This document shows positions 1-12,615 of a DNA stretch of 64,000 nucleotides, piece after piece. The stretch's first letter is position 1. Every line of letters begins with the position of its first letter. Source of the DNA: Squalus acanthias (lineage: Eukaryota); assembly GCA_030390025.1 (NCBI GenBank), contig CM059432.1, positions 20,276,001 through 20,340,000 of the forward strand, read 5' to 3'. Position numbers and translations under genes: made by a program. The notes under the pieces were generated by a model. That model was not told where the DNA came from. It saw only the letters and a list, made by a program, of their open reading frames with translations, and did no database searches.

Positions 1-247
1 TGGATGGTAAACAGTTTAGTAGGAATGAGCATACAATAGCAGAAGGTGGACTTTGTGGATAAGGTGAGCTTGGAGAGGGCGTGACAGGAGATGGGAGAGA
101 AAATAGAGGAAGAAGCAGGATCAAGGATAGGGTGGGTGGACCCAGGTTTGGTTTGGCTTGGTAGGCAAGGGGAAGGGGGGAAGCAAAGAGAGTGCTCAGC
201 AGATGGTCTTAATCTTAATAACAAAGAAGTCCATGAGTTGCTCATGT
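1..247 (-). mobile_element. L2 LINE ORF2 internal fragment (degenerate)
   Basis: Minus strand reads HEQLMDFFVIKIKTI...FSPISCHALSKL...IPTKL, resembling the region upstream of the RT domain in L2 ORF2; contains stops. Confidence 0.6.
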
Positions 248-1100
248 GGAAGTGCAGTTTACTTTTAAGACACAAACAAAATGGCTTCTCTGAGAAAAGA
301 ATTTAAAAAGGGAATTCAAAATGGCCGACAGTAGGAGTCACCATAATAAGTAAATCATTCTAATTAGCTACAAGGAGGTGACAACTCAGAATTCCTTATC
401 TAAGAAAAGCTTAGCAAAATAAGGCATCAATTAGTTCTAACCAGCTCAGGATGAGATAAGGTAAGCCATCAACCCACAGATTAGAGAATGAACATTGAAC
501 AAACGGATCCCACAAGGAAGGTCTGGTTATCTGATCTTTAAGGAATTTCTGCTCATTATTATAACGAAAACCTATGCAATAACTCACAAGTTTGTGCCTC
601 ATTAATAGGATGTTTAATGCTATGTCATATGGCCTGTTCTGTGTTCTTTTTGTATAAAGTATGTTCAAATCTTGTAAGATTTGAAGCATTCTGACATAGC
701 AACTTGACTGTGTCAGAACCTTCCCTTGTAACAAGTAAACTTTATTAAAAAGCCTTCTTTGACACGATTCTATGTTTAAGAAAGAGCTCTACTCGGCATG
801 TAAAACTTCCACACTCACTTTAGTTGTTGGAGGTGAGGGTGGAAGGGGTAGGGGAAAGGAATTTAAGAAGCTAGCTAGTAGTGCAGTTTAAAAAAAGGTC
901 AAAACATTTGGTTATTAACAATACAATTAAATGCCATGATGAAAGAGTTAACATACTAAAGGGATGAATTTTGATGGGCTTTTTCTTATCCCTGACTTTA
1001 AAGAAATATTTGCATTTATATTACATCTTATCACTATCAAAATGCTTCATATGACGAATAACTTTTGGAGTGCAGTGACTGGTATTAAATGGGGAAACAA

Positions 1101-1452
1101 TGGCCCTGATCTTTACTGGGGCGGGATTTCCAAGTCTGAGGGGGGCGGGCGGGGGAATTTTGGTCGGAGTATTTTTTTCCCAACAGGATCCCTGCCCGGA
1201 AGCCAGCCTGATTTGACAGGCTTGGCTCCGTGACGGGCAGGGAAGACTGCAGAAGAGGCCACAACCCAGGAGCAGGTAGCTTTGCTGCTGCTCAGGGTAG
1301 AGATCGCCCGGGGGTGGGTACAGCACGGCTTGGAGGGTCGGGGGGTGATCGCAGGAAGCCGGAAAGAGATCGGGGCAGAGGTTGGGGGTGATCGCGGGGG
1401 TTTGGAGAGAGATCGGGGAGCAGAGATGGGAGTGATCGCAGGGGGTTCGTCC
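1101..1452. mobile_element. Partial non-autonomous DNA-transposon-like element (Harbinger-type terminus) with gatcg repeats
   Basis: Starts ggccctgatctttac, similar to ggccccgatatttac at 4076; GC-rich with repeated gatcg(c/g)/ggggg units; no matching right end seen. Confidence 0.4.
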
Positions 1453-2109
1453 AAATAAATCCATATATAGAAGAAAATATTTAGTAGTTTGATGAACCAC
1501 TTAACACCTACTCATAAAAAAGAACAGACATATGGTTAGCTTGACAAATGCTGAGAGCTCTGCGTTTAGGATTAAAAGCAAGAGATTCTAATTGTTTTTC
1601 TGAAACGCGTTAGTTTAACAGAGATCAAGCACCATCAGAAGGCTTCTGGGATGTGCATTCTGTATACTATGTATGATAAAAACATACAGTGAAATGAAAA
1701 TGAGCACCTTTTGTATATATTCCAGCAGACCACAAGTTATTACATTATGCCATGATTCACACTGGCAGACTCTCTCTTATTAGTAATTCTGCAGATGTGT
1801 AGTGCAAGTTTCTGCAGTTCTAAAGAACATAATCTGCAAATCACAGCAGGCAGCTGTACCTAATGTAACTGGCTATATGGACCATCATCTGCTGTATAAT
1901 TGAGAACATCGCCCATAGACACATAGACAATTACGCTGCATGGCTCCAGAATTACTGGGGAAAATCACAGACAAATCCCTTGTACAAGGATGAAACTGAA
2001 GATTAAACTAATGGGGAAAATTGTGGTGTCAGTGATAAAGGTGTCGACACATCAAGCCTTGCTGTGAGGTGATTTTAAGCAACAGGCCTACATAGCACAG
2101 GTAAGATTG

Positions 2110-2210
2110 TAAAACAAAAGCACAGACTGTTGGCAATGTGCAGCAGCTCAATCAGCATCTGAAAGTGGATGCTAAGTTAACAGTTTGGCTGTGGCCCTTC
2201 ATCAGAACTA
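2110..2210 (-). mobile_element. Degenerate Penelope-like terminal repeat with eroded hammerhead motif
   Basis: Reverse complement of 2175-2209 reads agttCTGATGAagggccacagccaaactgttaact, a decayed version of the motif at 43000 and 57083 with the GAAA core damaged. Confidence 0.55.
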
Positions 2211-3550
2211 GAGGGCCATCTTAGTAGGACTGAGAAAGTCACGCCCAAAAGGACGGAGAAGCGCGGAGAACTCCACAGTGTTACTGCTCTGCTTCCTGAG
2301 AATGTAACTGGAAGTTGTGTCTCATGAACTATAAAGCAATCAGACTCACATCCCAGCAACAAAGAATGTAATCGGTCTAAATCAAATCAGGGTGTGCACA
2401 GTAGGCCTACACAATTAGGCCATGATTCGTGCAATAATTTTGCAATTGTAATCTTTTGTCTCGCTGCAATCAGCTTTCTATATATTTTGTATTTTCAATT
2501 TTTTCCTCTAATATTTTGCACAGTGAAGCAAAAGGGTAGGCGGCATTTGTAAAATATAAAATTTATAAGTCAAATTATATGTAATTAACCATCAATTATG
2601 AAATGGGAATTGATATGAACATAACTGTTTGATAATTATGAATTGGAACCTTTTCTGACCCATTTTTGTACAAGCCACTTTATATTTAGTTATCTGCAGC
2701 AGATAAAGATCTTGGCCTTTCTTTGGACAGGTGCAAAATGGGTCATCAAGGTCTCATTAACTTAATGGACTGGACTGTAATTTGACTGAAGTACTGATTG
2801 CCTCCTCTTGTACATTTATATAAAGACTTCTTAGCATAGCTAGTGCACATCCTTACTTAATGTTAGGATAAACTGGTCAGGGAGGTACACCGGAAAAATC
2901 AGTTAATGATGGAAATATAGCATTAGAAATGAAGATACCACAGGATCATCCTTGAGAAGTGAAAGAATACACCCTCACACTTGCAGTAGGCTGCTATGGT
3001 CTTTATTACAATGACATTATACATACTGCACACACACACACATATTTAACAAAGAAAACTCCCCTTTACAGACAAGAGGTCCTAGCAATAAATATGTAAA
3101 CCCCAAACCACTGGAATTAATATTGAGCTGGCCTATAAATGACAAATAGGAAACTATAATGTTCCTCTGTATCAATCACTTTGGAATGTGTTCCCAGCAG
3201 CAGTGTATTTCTCATCCGGTTTGCAACATCACATCAATCTCTCAGTATATTACTGGCTAATGCTACGTGCAATGTCCTATATATAGTTGAAAATGCTACT
3301 TTTTGGGTCTTTTTTGCCCTTCTTACTGTAGTTATTTCAGCTTTCATATTTCAGACTATTCGCATGGGTGAGTCTTAGCTCCCGATGGCCTTAAGATTAT
3401 CTTCATGCCGCTGATATCGAATTAAGTTTTTAAAATTTCCCCCAGACAATAAAACAGAAACCCTCCCTTAAATTTCTTTTGCTACTCGACCGATCCTGAA
3501 CCTCCAAGGATCTCCTCACATCTTCAAAACAAGGGAAAAAATAAATAGAA

Positions 3551-3690
3551 ACCTGAGTAAGCTATTCAGCCTCTCAAGCTAGTTCCGCCGTTCTATTAGA
3601 TCATGGCTGATCTGCACCTCAACTCCATTTCCCCGTCTTTGCTCCACATCCCTTGATACACTTACCCAACAAAAATCTGTGGATTTCATT
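3551..3690 (-). mobile_element. CR1 LINE 3' end fragment
   Basis: Matches the reverse complement of the CR1 3' UTR at 50400-50520 (gatcatggctgat, cagcctctcaagc). Confidence 0.7.
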
Positions 3691-4074
3691 CCGACTTTTC
3701 TCCTTGTTGTTCCAAACCAACTCTCTGATTTGAACACCCGAAGCTAATTAAATACCCTTGATACAACTACCGGCACTTTGTTGGTTTGAATAACTGTCAG
3801 CTGAACTAAAAAGAAGCTGCCAATCACACATATGAAGTAACAAACCACATATTTGTTTGCATTTGAATTGCATAACCAGGCTTCTACCTCAAGTTATCTG
3901 CTTGGAGACTAGATTGATCTGTTCTTGCCAACATTTGTATTGATCGAGGGTGAGGCTGGGATTTTGAATGCAATAGGCGGTTTACTCTTTAATTATTATG
4001 AGTGAATTAAAGGAGGCACTATATAAAGCTAAAACAAAATAAAAAACGGTTTTATTATGTCACAGAAAACATAC

Positions 4075-4990
4075 AGGCCCCGATATTTACGGGGAGGTGG
4101 GGCGGGTACAGGGAGGCTGAAAATGGCTGAAGAAACTGGCAAGGCCAAGCTTAACGGCAGGACCTCATTGACTTTTTTTTGTTCCGTTTCCTGCCCGACA
4201 GCCGTCCAAATGGAGGCTGCAGCCGGGGAACCCTTGAGGACGGTCCCCAGCAATTTGCAGGAGGGAGGGAGAGAGGCCGCGATCTGGAGGAGAGATAGAG
4301 GCCGCAATCGGAAGGAGAGAGAGAGGCAGCCATCGGGAGGAGGGGCTGGAGGGGAGGGGGAGAGGGCTGGGGGGGAGGGGGAGAGGGCTGGGGGGGGGGG
4401 AGGGGGAGAGGGCTGGGGGGGGGGGAGGGGGAGAGGGCTGGGGGGGGGGGAGGGAGGGGGAGAGGGCTGGGGGGGAGAGGGCTGGGGGGGAGGGGGCTGG
4501 GGGGGAGGGGGAGAGGGCTGGGGGGGAGGGGGAGAGGGCTGGGGGGGAGGGAGGGGGAGAGGGCTGGGGGGGAGGGAGGGGGAGAGGGCTGGGGGGAGGG
4601 GGGAGAGGGGGAGAGGGCTGGGGGGGAGGGGGCTGGGGGGGGGGGGGAGGGGGAGAGGGCTGGGGGGGAGGGGAGAGGGCTGGGGGGGAGGGCTGTGGGG
4701 GGAGGGGGAGGGCTGTGGGGGGAGGGGGAGGGCTGTGGGGGGAGGGGGAGGGCTGTGGGGGGAGGGCTGGGGGTGAGGGGAGGGCTGGGGTGAGGGGAGG
4801 GCTGGGGTGAGGGGGGGAGGTGAGGGGGGAGGGGGGAGAGGTCGGCAATCGGGAGGGTTTGGGGAGGGCGGTGGAGGGGAGGGGAAGTTGACCGTTGGGG
4901 CGGGGTGCTGAAAAAGACACTTAGCTTGTGCAGTTGGCAGCTCCCGCCTTCCTTTCACTGCCGGGTTTCCCGACCCCCTGGTCTTCTTGG
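4075..4990. mobile_element. Non-autonomous DNA-transposon-like element hosting a G-rich minisatellite
   Basis: GC-rich block starting ggccccgatatttac, related to the 1101 element; boundaries approximate. Confidence 0.4.
4335..4838 (+). repeat. G-rich minisatellite, unit about ggggagagggctgggggga, drifting to gggctgtgggggga
   Basis: Roughly 20 directly visible tandem gggctg-containing units; this explains the Pro/Gly-rich ORFs at 4029-4958. Confidence 0.95.
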
Positions 4991-5772
4991 TAAAATAGTG
5001 GAGGCAAAATCTGTGGAGTCCTTCACGACGTAGTTCGATGCTCTGATAGAGACTGTAGATTTCTACAGAAGGCTGCGTTGAATGGGCAGTTGGTCTCCCT
5101 CATTTGCACTTATCTTTGTGAAAACTTTTATTTGTTGCAAATACTGAATGATAGAAATTGTTTCAAAACAACTGATGTTCACAAGATTAACACTACAGGA
5201 CGCTAAAAACTTTCCCACACACAAAAATAAATGAAAATCAGGAATAGCACATAAGCACAGTACTGTAAAAAAATTACCACCATTCCCCTCAAATCGGCAG
5301 TATTATTTTCATGATGTGATTTCTACAACACACACTTGTCATTACAAATCTTGTACATTTCTACGCAATCAGCACCATGCAATTACCTCGATAAAAAGAA
5401 TAATTTGGTGCAGATATCTGCTTTGGAAGTGCCAGAGCCCAAGAACTGGTGGGGAACTGGGCTGCAGCAATTAGTTCTGATTAGATTATCCAAGAGTAAC
5501 AGAATCATGTAATGTGAAACGGCCCTTTCGGCCTTTAGAGGGAGGCTCGACCTTCTTCTTTTTGGTGCCTGTTGTGCATTAGCCTGCAAGATCCTAAAAA
5601 TTATGAGTGTGGTACAGTTGCCATGTTAAAAATCTGAAAACACTCACCTGATAGGTGAGTTGCTAAGTGCATGGCCTAGTCTGAAACTGAGCCAGACAGA
5701 CCAGGAAGGTCGTAGGCTAGAAGCCTCATCTGCACTGGATTAGCTAAATCTCACCCCGTGGGTGGGGTTGCT

Positions 5773-6020
5773 TCATAGAATCACAGAATGATACAGCACA
5801 GAAAGAGGCCATTTGAACCATCACGCAAGTCGAGCCACAACCCTGCTCTTTCCCCATAGCCCCTGCAAATTTTTTCCCTTCAAGTATTTATCCAATTCTC
5901 TTTCGAAGGTTGCTATTAAATTTGCTTCCACCACCCTTTCATGCAGTGAGTTCGAGATCATAAAACTCGCTGCGTAAAACATATTTTCCTCATGTCGGCT
6001 CTGGTTCTTTTGACTGACTA
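5773..6020 (-). mobile_element. CR1 LINE 3' end fragment (second subfamily)
   Basis: catagaatcacagaatgatacagcacagaa tail; minus-strand ORF VVEANLIATFERELDKYLKGKNLQG is CR1 ORF2 C-terminus. Confidence 0.8.
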
Positions 6021-8596
6021 AAATTGAGTGGGATGGTAGGGGAGTGGGGGTGGAAAGTGAAATCAGTAAAGTCCTGCTCCTGGTCACCATCAAGTGATTC
6101 TTGCTGGAAAGTATATGTCGGGATTTCAGGTGGGAACATGATTGGGTTCAGACACAGTGCCTACCGTGGTTGATTAACCTACAATCTAATACAGCTTGGA
6201 TTCCAGAGTCCGGTTAATGACGTAAACCCCGTGTTTTCCACACTCACAATGGCGTAGTGCTCATGCCTGACTGACAACAAAGCGCTCAGTGATGAAGTGG
6301 TGTCTGCAGCTTCTGATATCACTTCAGTGGCCTCTTACAGCATTAAAGACATACACGCTGCAGAACCCATAATCTGTAATTAGAGCCAACCCGCTGTGAG
6401 GCACAAGCATTAAGAAAGCAGTTCCGATCCTACTCTGAAGTGGTATTCAGAACAATTACTAGTGGACACTCTGAGAATCAAAAGTCAACAACATTCTTCA
6501 ACATATTTGGAGCACTAGGCCTCTGCTTCACTTTACTGAGATTCACTCCACTCCAGTACCAAGCCTCTCAAGCTCCTTTTTTGTCTTCAACCCAAATTGT
6601 TCTCGGTCGCTTTGAACATCTTCCTGCACACTATCAAAGTTTAATTTTTAGCTCACCTCTGTTCTTTAGGCCTGCTTGGACCAATTCAACAGATTATAGT
6701 TTCTTGGTGTTTTACTGTGATAGCTACAGACCTACTCCTCCGACAGCTACAGGCCGCACTACAGTCACTTTGGCAAGAGACTGCATTCACTGTTAGTTCA
6801 AGATTCCCATTAGCACGAAAGGGAGGGGTAAGTTTTTGTACTGCTGTGTCATTAGCATTTATATGTTTGCGCCACATTACATTTTTGGGTCAGATGTCCA
6901 CCCATTGACTATGAATGGCCGCAAAAATCTAGTCGGAACTTACTCTTTGCAGCTCACCAACAAACAAAGCCTGTGTTTTTGCAAGCAGATACAGGTTTAT
7001 ATGTGCCATTAAAAAAAAGTGGCTTTTTTGCAGAAAGACAATAAAGGTCGACACCAAGGATTGACGAGCAAGCAATTGAACTCGCCTCGGCAGAAACACA
7101 TCCATTGTTTAGTCAAATCAGCCAGCCCAACTGGGACCCTGCTGCTCCAGAATGACACTTTCACTGCCTCTTATTACGAGCCTGTTACCTGCTACCACAC
7201 AAATGGCTGCTTGTCAAAGAGGTAATGCCAAGGGATGGCATCGATAATCAGACATCTGTCATGTTAACAACTTGGCCGTAAATAGGTAGGAAGAGACTGA
7301 AGCCTACTCTCCTCAGAAAAGATAGCAGTACCCCAATCAGTGCTCGGTGCATGTTCAGAGATAAGAGCTACTAAAGTAATTGAGTGCGGAGGAACTAAAT
7401 TAATCCCCCGAGTCTCCAAGCATTACGGGCGACTGTGGAAGGGACAAAGCTGGCAAATGCTGGTTGATGCAGTCAGCAAAATGCCACGGCTCTTGCAATA
7501 CTTCAATTTGCACCTACAAAGGAATTAGCGAGAGCTTTAATGATTAACTTCCGCAAGGCATTTTACATTCAGAAACGACTGATGTGCTTATCCTTTCACA
7601 TCTTCCTTCACTGTACCATTCGAAAGACCGGGATTTATTAATCCACTTGCAGGATTCTGATTAAAGTTAATCATAGAAAAGGTTTTAAGTAAATCTCTGA
7701 GTTCATTAAAGCCAAACCATTCCTTTGGAAGCCAGGCTGAGCGACGAGATTAAAAGTGAATTCCAACTTATCACAAAGCTGAGGCAGTGGATGGAAACAT
7801 GAAATGTAAATTTGCAATTTTCTTTTAATATTGCATTAAAAGTTTTATTTTTCAAAGATACACGTATTTCTTATTAACTACTGGCTGCATTTGCAGCAGC
7901 CCATAGCCAGCTCCAACGCTGTGGGTTCTATTTATTCCCCAATCTTTTTCTTTCTTGCTGCATTTACTTTGATGCCCAATATCTGATGGCAGCCCTGACT
8001 TTGGCACAATAAAGCTAAAGTTTCTGCTTCCTGAGGATCTGAGACTGAGTTAAGACAGTGTGTTTTGAGCAGAAACTCCTCTGGGCAACATCACAATGAG
8101 TGGTGGGGCAGTCGTGGTTTCTGGCTACGGGCAAACTATCGCGGCCAATAAATCAGTCTCTGCCCACCAGCTCATACTAATCTTCCCTGCCCATTCGGGA
8201 AAGTATGGCGACGAGAACTAAGTTGCAAACTGGGACGTAAAAACATTGCACAAGTTGCTTTTCTGTTGCTCCCACTGCTGTCAAACCTCCCAGTAATATA
8301 ATCTGGGTGTCTTCCATGGCAGCTGGACTCTGGGGCATGGAACTGTTTCTGTAAACGCACTTTATCTGGGGTTTTGAGGGTGGGATGCCAAACCAACTTG
8401 TGCGTACAGTTGCCTCGTGTTTACATATTATCTTTTAATTCTGCTGTCCGGCAGGACCTTTGAAATTGGATCGCCATTTTGCAAGTGCAATGGACACACG
8501 AGAATGGAAACAAAGAACAATCAATGAAACTACATTTCTCTTCCCCCTCCCCAATGCAATGAGCCTCGAAGTTGCTGCCGCATTCATTTAAGCAGA

Positions 8597-8941
8597 TAGT
8601 ACTGAAGAAGTGCTGCACCACTGGAGGTGCAGTCTTTCATATGACAAGGCCTCGTCTGCCCTCTCAGATGCATGTAAAAGATCTGATGGCACTATTCGAA
8701 GAAGAGCAGGTGAGTTCTCCCCATTGTCCTGGTCAATATTTCTCTCTCAACCAACAGCACTAAAACAGATGATCTGGTCATTATCATATTGCTGTTTGTG
8801 GGACCTTGCTGTGTGCAAATTGGCTGCTGCGTTTCCTACATTACAACAGTGACTACACTTCAAAAGTACATCATTGGTTGTAAAGTGCTTTGGGGAGGTC
8901 CTGAGGTCATGAAGGCGTTATATAAATGCAAGTCTTTCTTT
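8597..8941 (+). mobile_element. Deu-domain tRNA-SINE (SacSINE1-like), 5'-truncated
   Basis: Matches body and tail of the full copy at 33634-34095 (aaagatctgatggcactattcgaagaagagcagg ... aaggcgttatataaatgcaagtctttc). Confidence 0.85.
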
Positions 8942-10329
8942 ATGCCAGAAGTTTTGTTCCTCTCTGGCATACTGCTCACCATCAGATTTATTTTCTTTCC
9001 GAGAGACATAAAAATGAAAGTCTTTCCCTTTTCCTCCTGTTCATGATAATGGGCCGCAATTTATTGGAACCTAATGGCATCTATGGCCTGCACCATTATT
9101 ATGATGCAGAAATTCCAGGAAATTATGTCATGAGTAACTTATGCCATTATGTACGCCATAATTTCCTGGGACTTTTGCGCTGATCCACAGAGACCCTCGC
9201 CGAAAAAGTGGGACATCTAATTATCACAGCTCCGCACCCCCCTTAAACTCAATGGCGAGATCGAGTTTGCTGAACTAATGGCACTGTGATTGGCACAACC
9301 ACTTAGACCATTACAAAATAGCGCTGGTGGGCTCAGTATGTTTGGTGCAATCACAGGAATTGTAGTTTGCAGTTTAAATGAAGAAATAATCGTGCTGCCC
9401 TCATTAAGTGCTTTTCAATTATGCAGTTCTGACAGTGTCAAGGGTCACTGGTGCAAAGTGAAATGCAACAGAAGTTATGTATCTGACGGCAGCGCGTTAC
9501 CTAGCCACACTACCGTCTGAATGTGACTTTATTAAGTAATTTGGATCATTAATCCTATGCGTTCTGAAGTGATCACAACGTGTCCATTTACACCTTATTA
9601 AAATCACAGTAGTAAATGTGAAATAGCACAAGGGTCACAGACTGCTTGAGCAACTGAAGACTAAAACCCTCTGGTTTCCGTATTGTTCGTACGACAGCAA
9701 TGCATAGGGTGGGGAGGAGGGGGTCACTGTTCCATCTAATGCACTAACCATGCAGATATAAAAGCAGTCGTTTAGGCGAATCAGCTCTCTATAATTTGAA
9801 TCTGTGCTTGGTTCTGCCCATCAGTTCAACCTACAACCATCTATATTAAAGACTTGGGCTGCTCACTACTGCCTATTCTCATTATTCTTCAAGCAAATTT
9901 GCCACTGGTGGATCCGGAGTACAACAGTCTAAGCTTATGGTGAATTGCAAGCCACTTTTTCTATAGTCATGAACATTCTTCCCTCAAACAATCCCAATCA
10001 GCTCATCATTCACCTCATTGCCGTTTGTAAGTACTGCTGTGCACAAAGTTGCTGCTGCATTTGTCTGCATAACAATGGTCACTGCACTGAAATCTTAATG
10101 CGGGCAAAATACTTGAAGTCATTTCTGAGAGAGGTGGTAAGTCATATCAATTCCAAATTTCATGGATCGCACTTGGACACAGTTTTGGTGTTGAACTTCC
10201 ACAAAATTTCTTGCTGAGCTCATTTGCCGAAGCCGGAATGTAAAAACCAGTGTAAAACTGGCACAAATGTAGTGCCAACAATTTTTGCCCATTTGTGTTA
10301 CATCTGTAGACACTTTATGAGCTACTTTT

Positions 10330-10533
10330 CAGCCGCCTAGGCTATCAGCTCAGGAATTCCCTCCTTAATCATCTCCACCTCTCAGACGTTCCTTAAAAGT
10401 TTTCGACCAAGCTTTTGGTCACCTGTCCTAATGTCTCCTTCATTGGCTTGCTGTCAATTTTGTTGTCTGATTACGCTCCTGTGAAGAGCCTTGGGTCATT
10501 TTGCCATGCTCTATAAAATAAAGTTGTTGTTGT
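10330..10533 (+). mobile_element. L2 LINE 3' end
   Basis: ggaattccctcc ... gaccaagcttttggtcacctgtcc ... (gtt)n tail. Confidence 0.8.
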
Positions 10534-10584
10534 TTAAAGTAGTGTATTAACCTCATCAAATAAAGACTTACTGTGCGTGTCTGT

Positions 10585-11560
10585 ATTGCTGAACCATGCT
10601 GTTCGCAACCTTGGTGTCATAGTTGACCCTGAAATGAGCTTCCGACCACATATCCGCGGCATAACAAAGACCGCCTATTTCCACCAACGTAACATCGCCC
10701 ATTTCCGCCCTTGCCTCAGCTCATCCGCTGCTGAAAACCTCATCCATGCCTTTGTTACCTCTAGACTTGACTATTCCAATGCACTCCTGGCTGGCCTCCC
10801 ATGTTCTACGCTACGTAAATTTGAGGTCATCCAAAACTCAGCTGCCCGTGTCCTAACTCGCACCAAGTCCCGTTCACCCATCACCCCTGTGCTCACTGAC
10901 CTACATTGTCTCCCGGTTAAGCAACGCCTTGATTTGAAAATTCTCATCCTTGTTTTCAAATCCCTCCATGGCCTCGCCTCTCCCTATCTCTGTAATCTCT
11001 TCCAGCCCCACAACGCCCCCCCACAACCACCACCACACCGAGATATCTGTCGTCCTCTAATTCTGCCTTCCTGAGCATCCCTGATTATAATCGCTCAACC
11101 ATTGGTGGTCGTGCCTTCTGTTGCCTCGGCCCTAAGCTCTGGAATTCCCTGCCTAAACCTCTCCGCCTCGCTACCTCTCTTTCCTCCTTTAAGACAGAGG
11201 AAAGAGGCACTGATAGTGATAATGCCATGGTAGAAGGTACTGACGGAGCGAAACTATCAGCAGAACACAATAGGCTGAGAAATTCCTCAGAACGATCACG
11301 GTCCACAAGAGTTACTTTGCAGGATGTATGGCAGAAACCCTGTTCACACGTGTTTTCTCCACCACACTTCCAGCGAAGTAACGCTGGCAGACCGTTACTT
11401 CGCCTTAAAACCTGCCTCTTTGACCAAGCTTTTGGTCATCTGCCCTAATTTCTCCTTATATGGCTCGGTGTCAAATTTTTTGTCTTATAATACTGCTGTG
11501 AAGCGCCTTGGGACGTTTTACTACGTTAAAGGCGCTATATAAATACAAGTTGTTGTTGCT
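10585..11560 (+). mobile_element. L2 LINE, 5'-truncated, interrupted at 11196-11403
   Basis: ORF 10577-11074 VRNLGVIVD...HAFVTSRLDYSNALLAGLP...ITPVLTDLHCLPV is L2 ORF2 C-terminus; ends aaggcgctatataaatacaagttgttgtt. Confidence 0.92.
11196..11403 (+). other. TSD-less insertion in L2: inverted copy of 12440-12593 followed by fold-back hairpins
   Basis: The L2 consensus ctttaagac-gctc-cttaaaacc (intact near 35205) is split here; 11195-11346 matches the reverse complement of 12440-12593. Confidence 0.85.
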
Positions 11561-11877
11561 GTTTGCTGAACTACTTTAATAAAATCATTAAACTTGCATG
11601 TGTGAAGTGTGAACTAGAGCACGCTGATGCTTCACAGCAGCAGCATTGCATCACTTAATGGCCTGGTAAGCACACCAAAACTTGCATAATGAGGGAAAGG
11701 AAGTACAAATCGCAGTTCAATCTGGGTTTGAACTCAGTTGTCCATTTGAGATCCTTGACATTTTACAACCAGGCCTACTGGAGAGGAGATTATTTAAGGT
11801 TTAGCTTCTCGTTGCTACATGTAACTAAAAAAAGTAGTTGTTCCATTGCTTGGCCAGTAACAGACTAATTTTCACAC

Positions 11878-12305
11878 ATAGAAACATAGAATCTAGGAGC
11901 AGGAGTAGGCCATTCGGCCCGTCGAGCATGCTCCACCATTCAATACGATCATGGCTGATCATCCAAATCCAGTACCCTGTCCCTGCTTTAATCCCCACAG
12001 TACACATATCCCACCCTACCCCTGTAACCCCACATATTTAATTCCCCCTAACATATCCCATCCTATCCCCATAACCCCACATATTTAATCCCCCCCTAAC
12101 ACTAAGGGTCAATTTATCATAGCCAAATCAACCTAACCCGCACATTTTTGGACTGTGGGAGGAAACCGGAGCACCCGGAGGAAACCCACGCAGACACGGG
12201 GAGAATGTGCAAACTCCACACAGACAGTCATCCGAGGTCAGATTTGAACCAGGGTCCCTGGCACTGTGAGGCACCAGTGCTAACCACTATGCCACCGTGT
12301 TGCCC
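11878..12305 (-). mobile_element. V-domain tRNA-SINE (HE1-like) with internal tandem repeat and CR1-type tail
   Basis: Minus strand: tRNA-like head ggtggcatagtggttagcac...ggttcaaatc, V-domain gtgtggagtttgcacattctccccgtgtctgcgtgggtttcctccggg, two about 47-bp tandem units at 12005-12099, and a tail matching the CR1 3' UTR at 50410-50525. Confidence 0.85.
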
Positions 12306-12306
12306 T

Positions 12307-12597
12307 TGAGTAGCATCCAACATTAGTGTCAAAATGCCATTGTTAACATGATAAATGTTTGAGAAGGCCCTTCTGAGGTTAACATCTCTACTAGATGTAG
12401 TATCACTTTGGAGCGATATTGCCCAGGAAATTCTTCGGATGAACAGGGTTTCCGCCACACTTCATGCAAAGTAACTCTTGTGGAACGTGATCGTTCTGAG
12501 GAATTTCTCAGCCTATTGTGTTGTTCTGCTAATAGTTTCGCTCCGTCAGTACCTTCTACCATGGCATATCACTCTCAGTGCCTCTTACCTCTGCTGC
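12307..12597 (-). pseudogene. Probable hAT transposase C-terminal (dimerisation domain) fragment
   Basis: Minus-strand frames give FPGQY..VILHLVEMLT.SE / RRAFSNI, resembling the hAT motif YPN...L.LP.S....ER.FS; frameshifted. Confidence 0.5.
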
Positions 12598-12615
12598 TCC
12601 TCTTCCAGTACTATG

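Noticed and set aside
4029..4958. Long Pro-rich and Gly-rich ORFs (309, 251, 239 aa)
   Set aside because: By-products of the stop-free G-rich minisatellite.
5515..5545. ggccgaaagggcc hairpin resembling hammerhead stem II (minus strand)
   Set aside because: No CUGANGA or GAAA core in the required positions.
6670..6827. Plus-strand segment bounded by ttctttag and gtaagt
   Set aside because: One open frame but no recognisable protein and no partner exons found.
11990..12100. Short direct repeats considered as a CRISPR-like array
   Set aside because: Only two adjacent units without spacers, inside a eukaryotic SINE.
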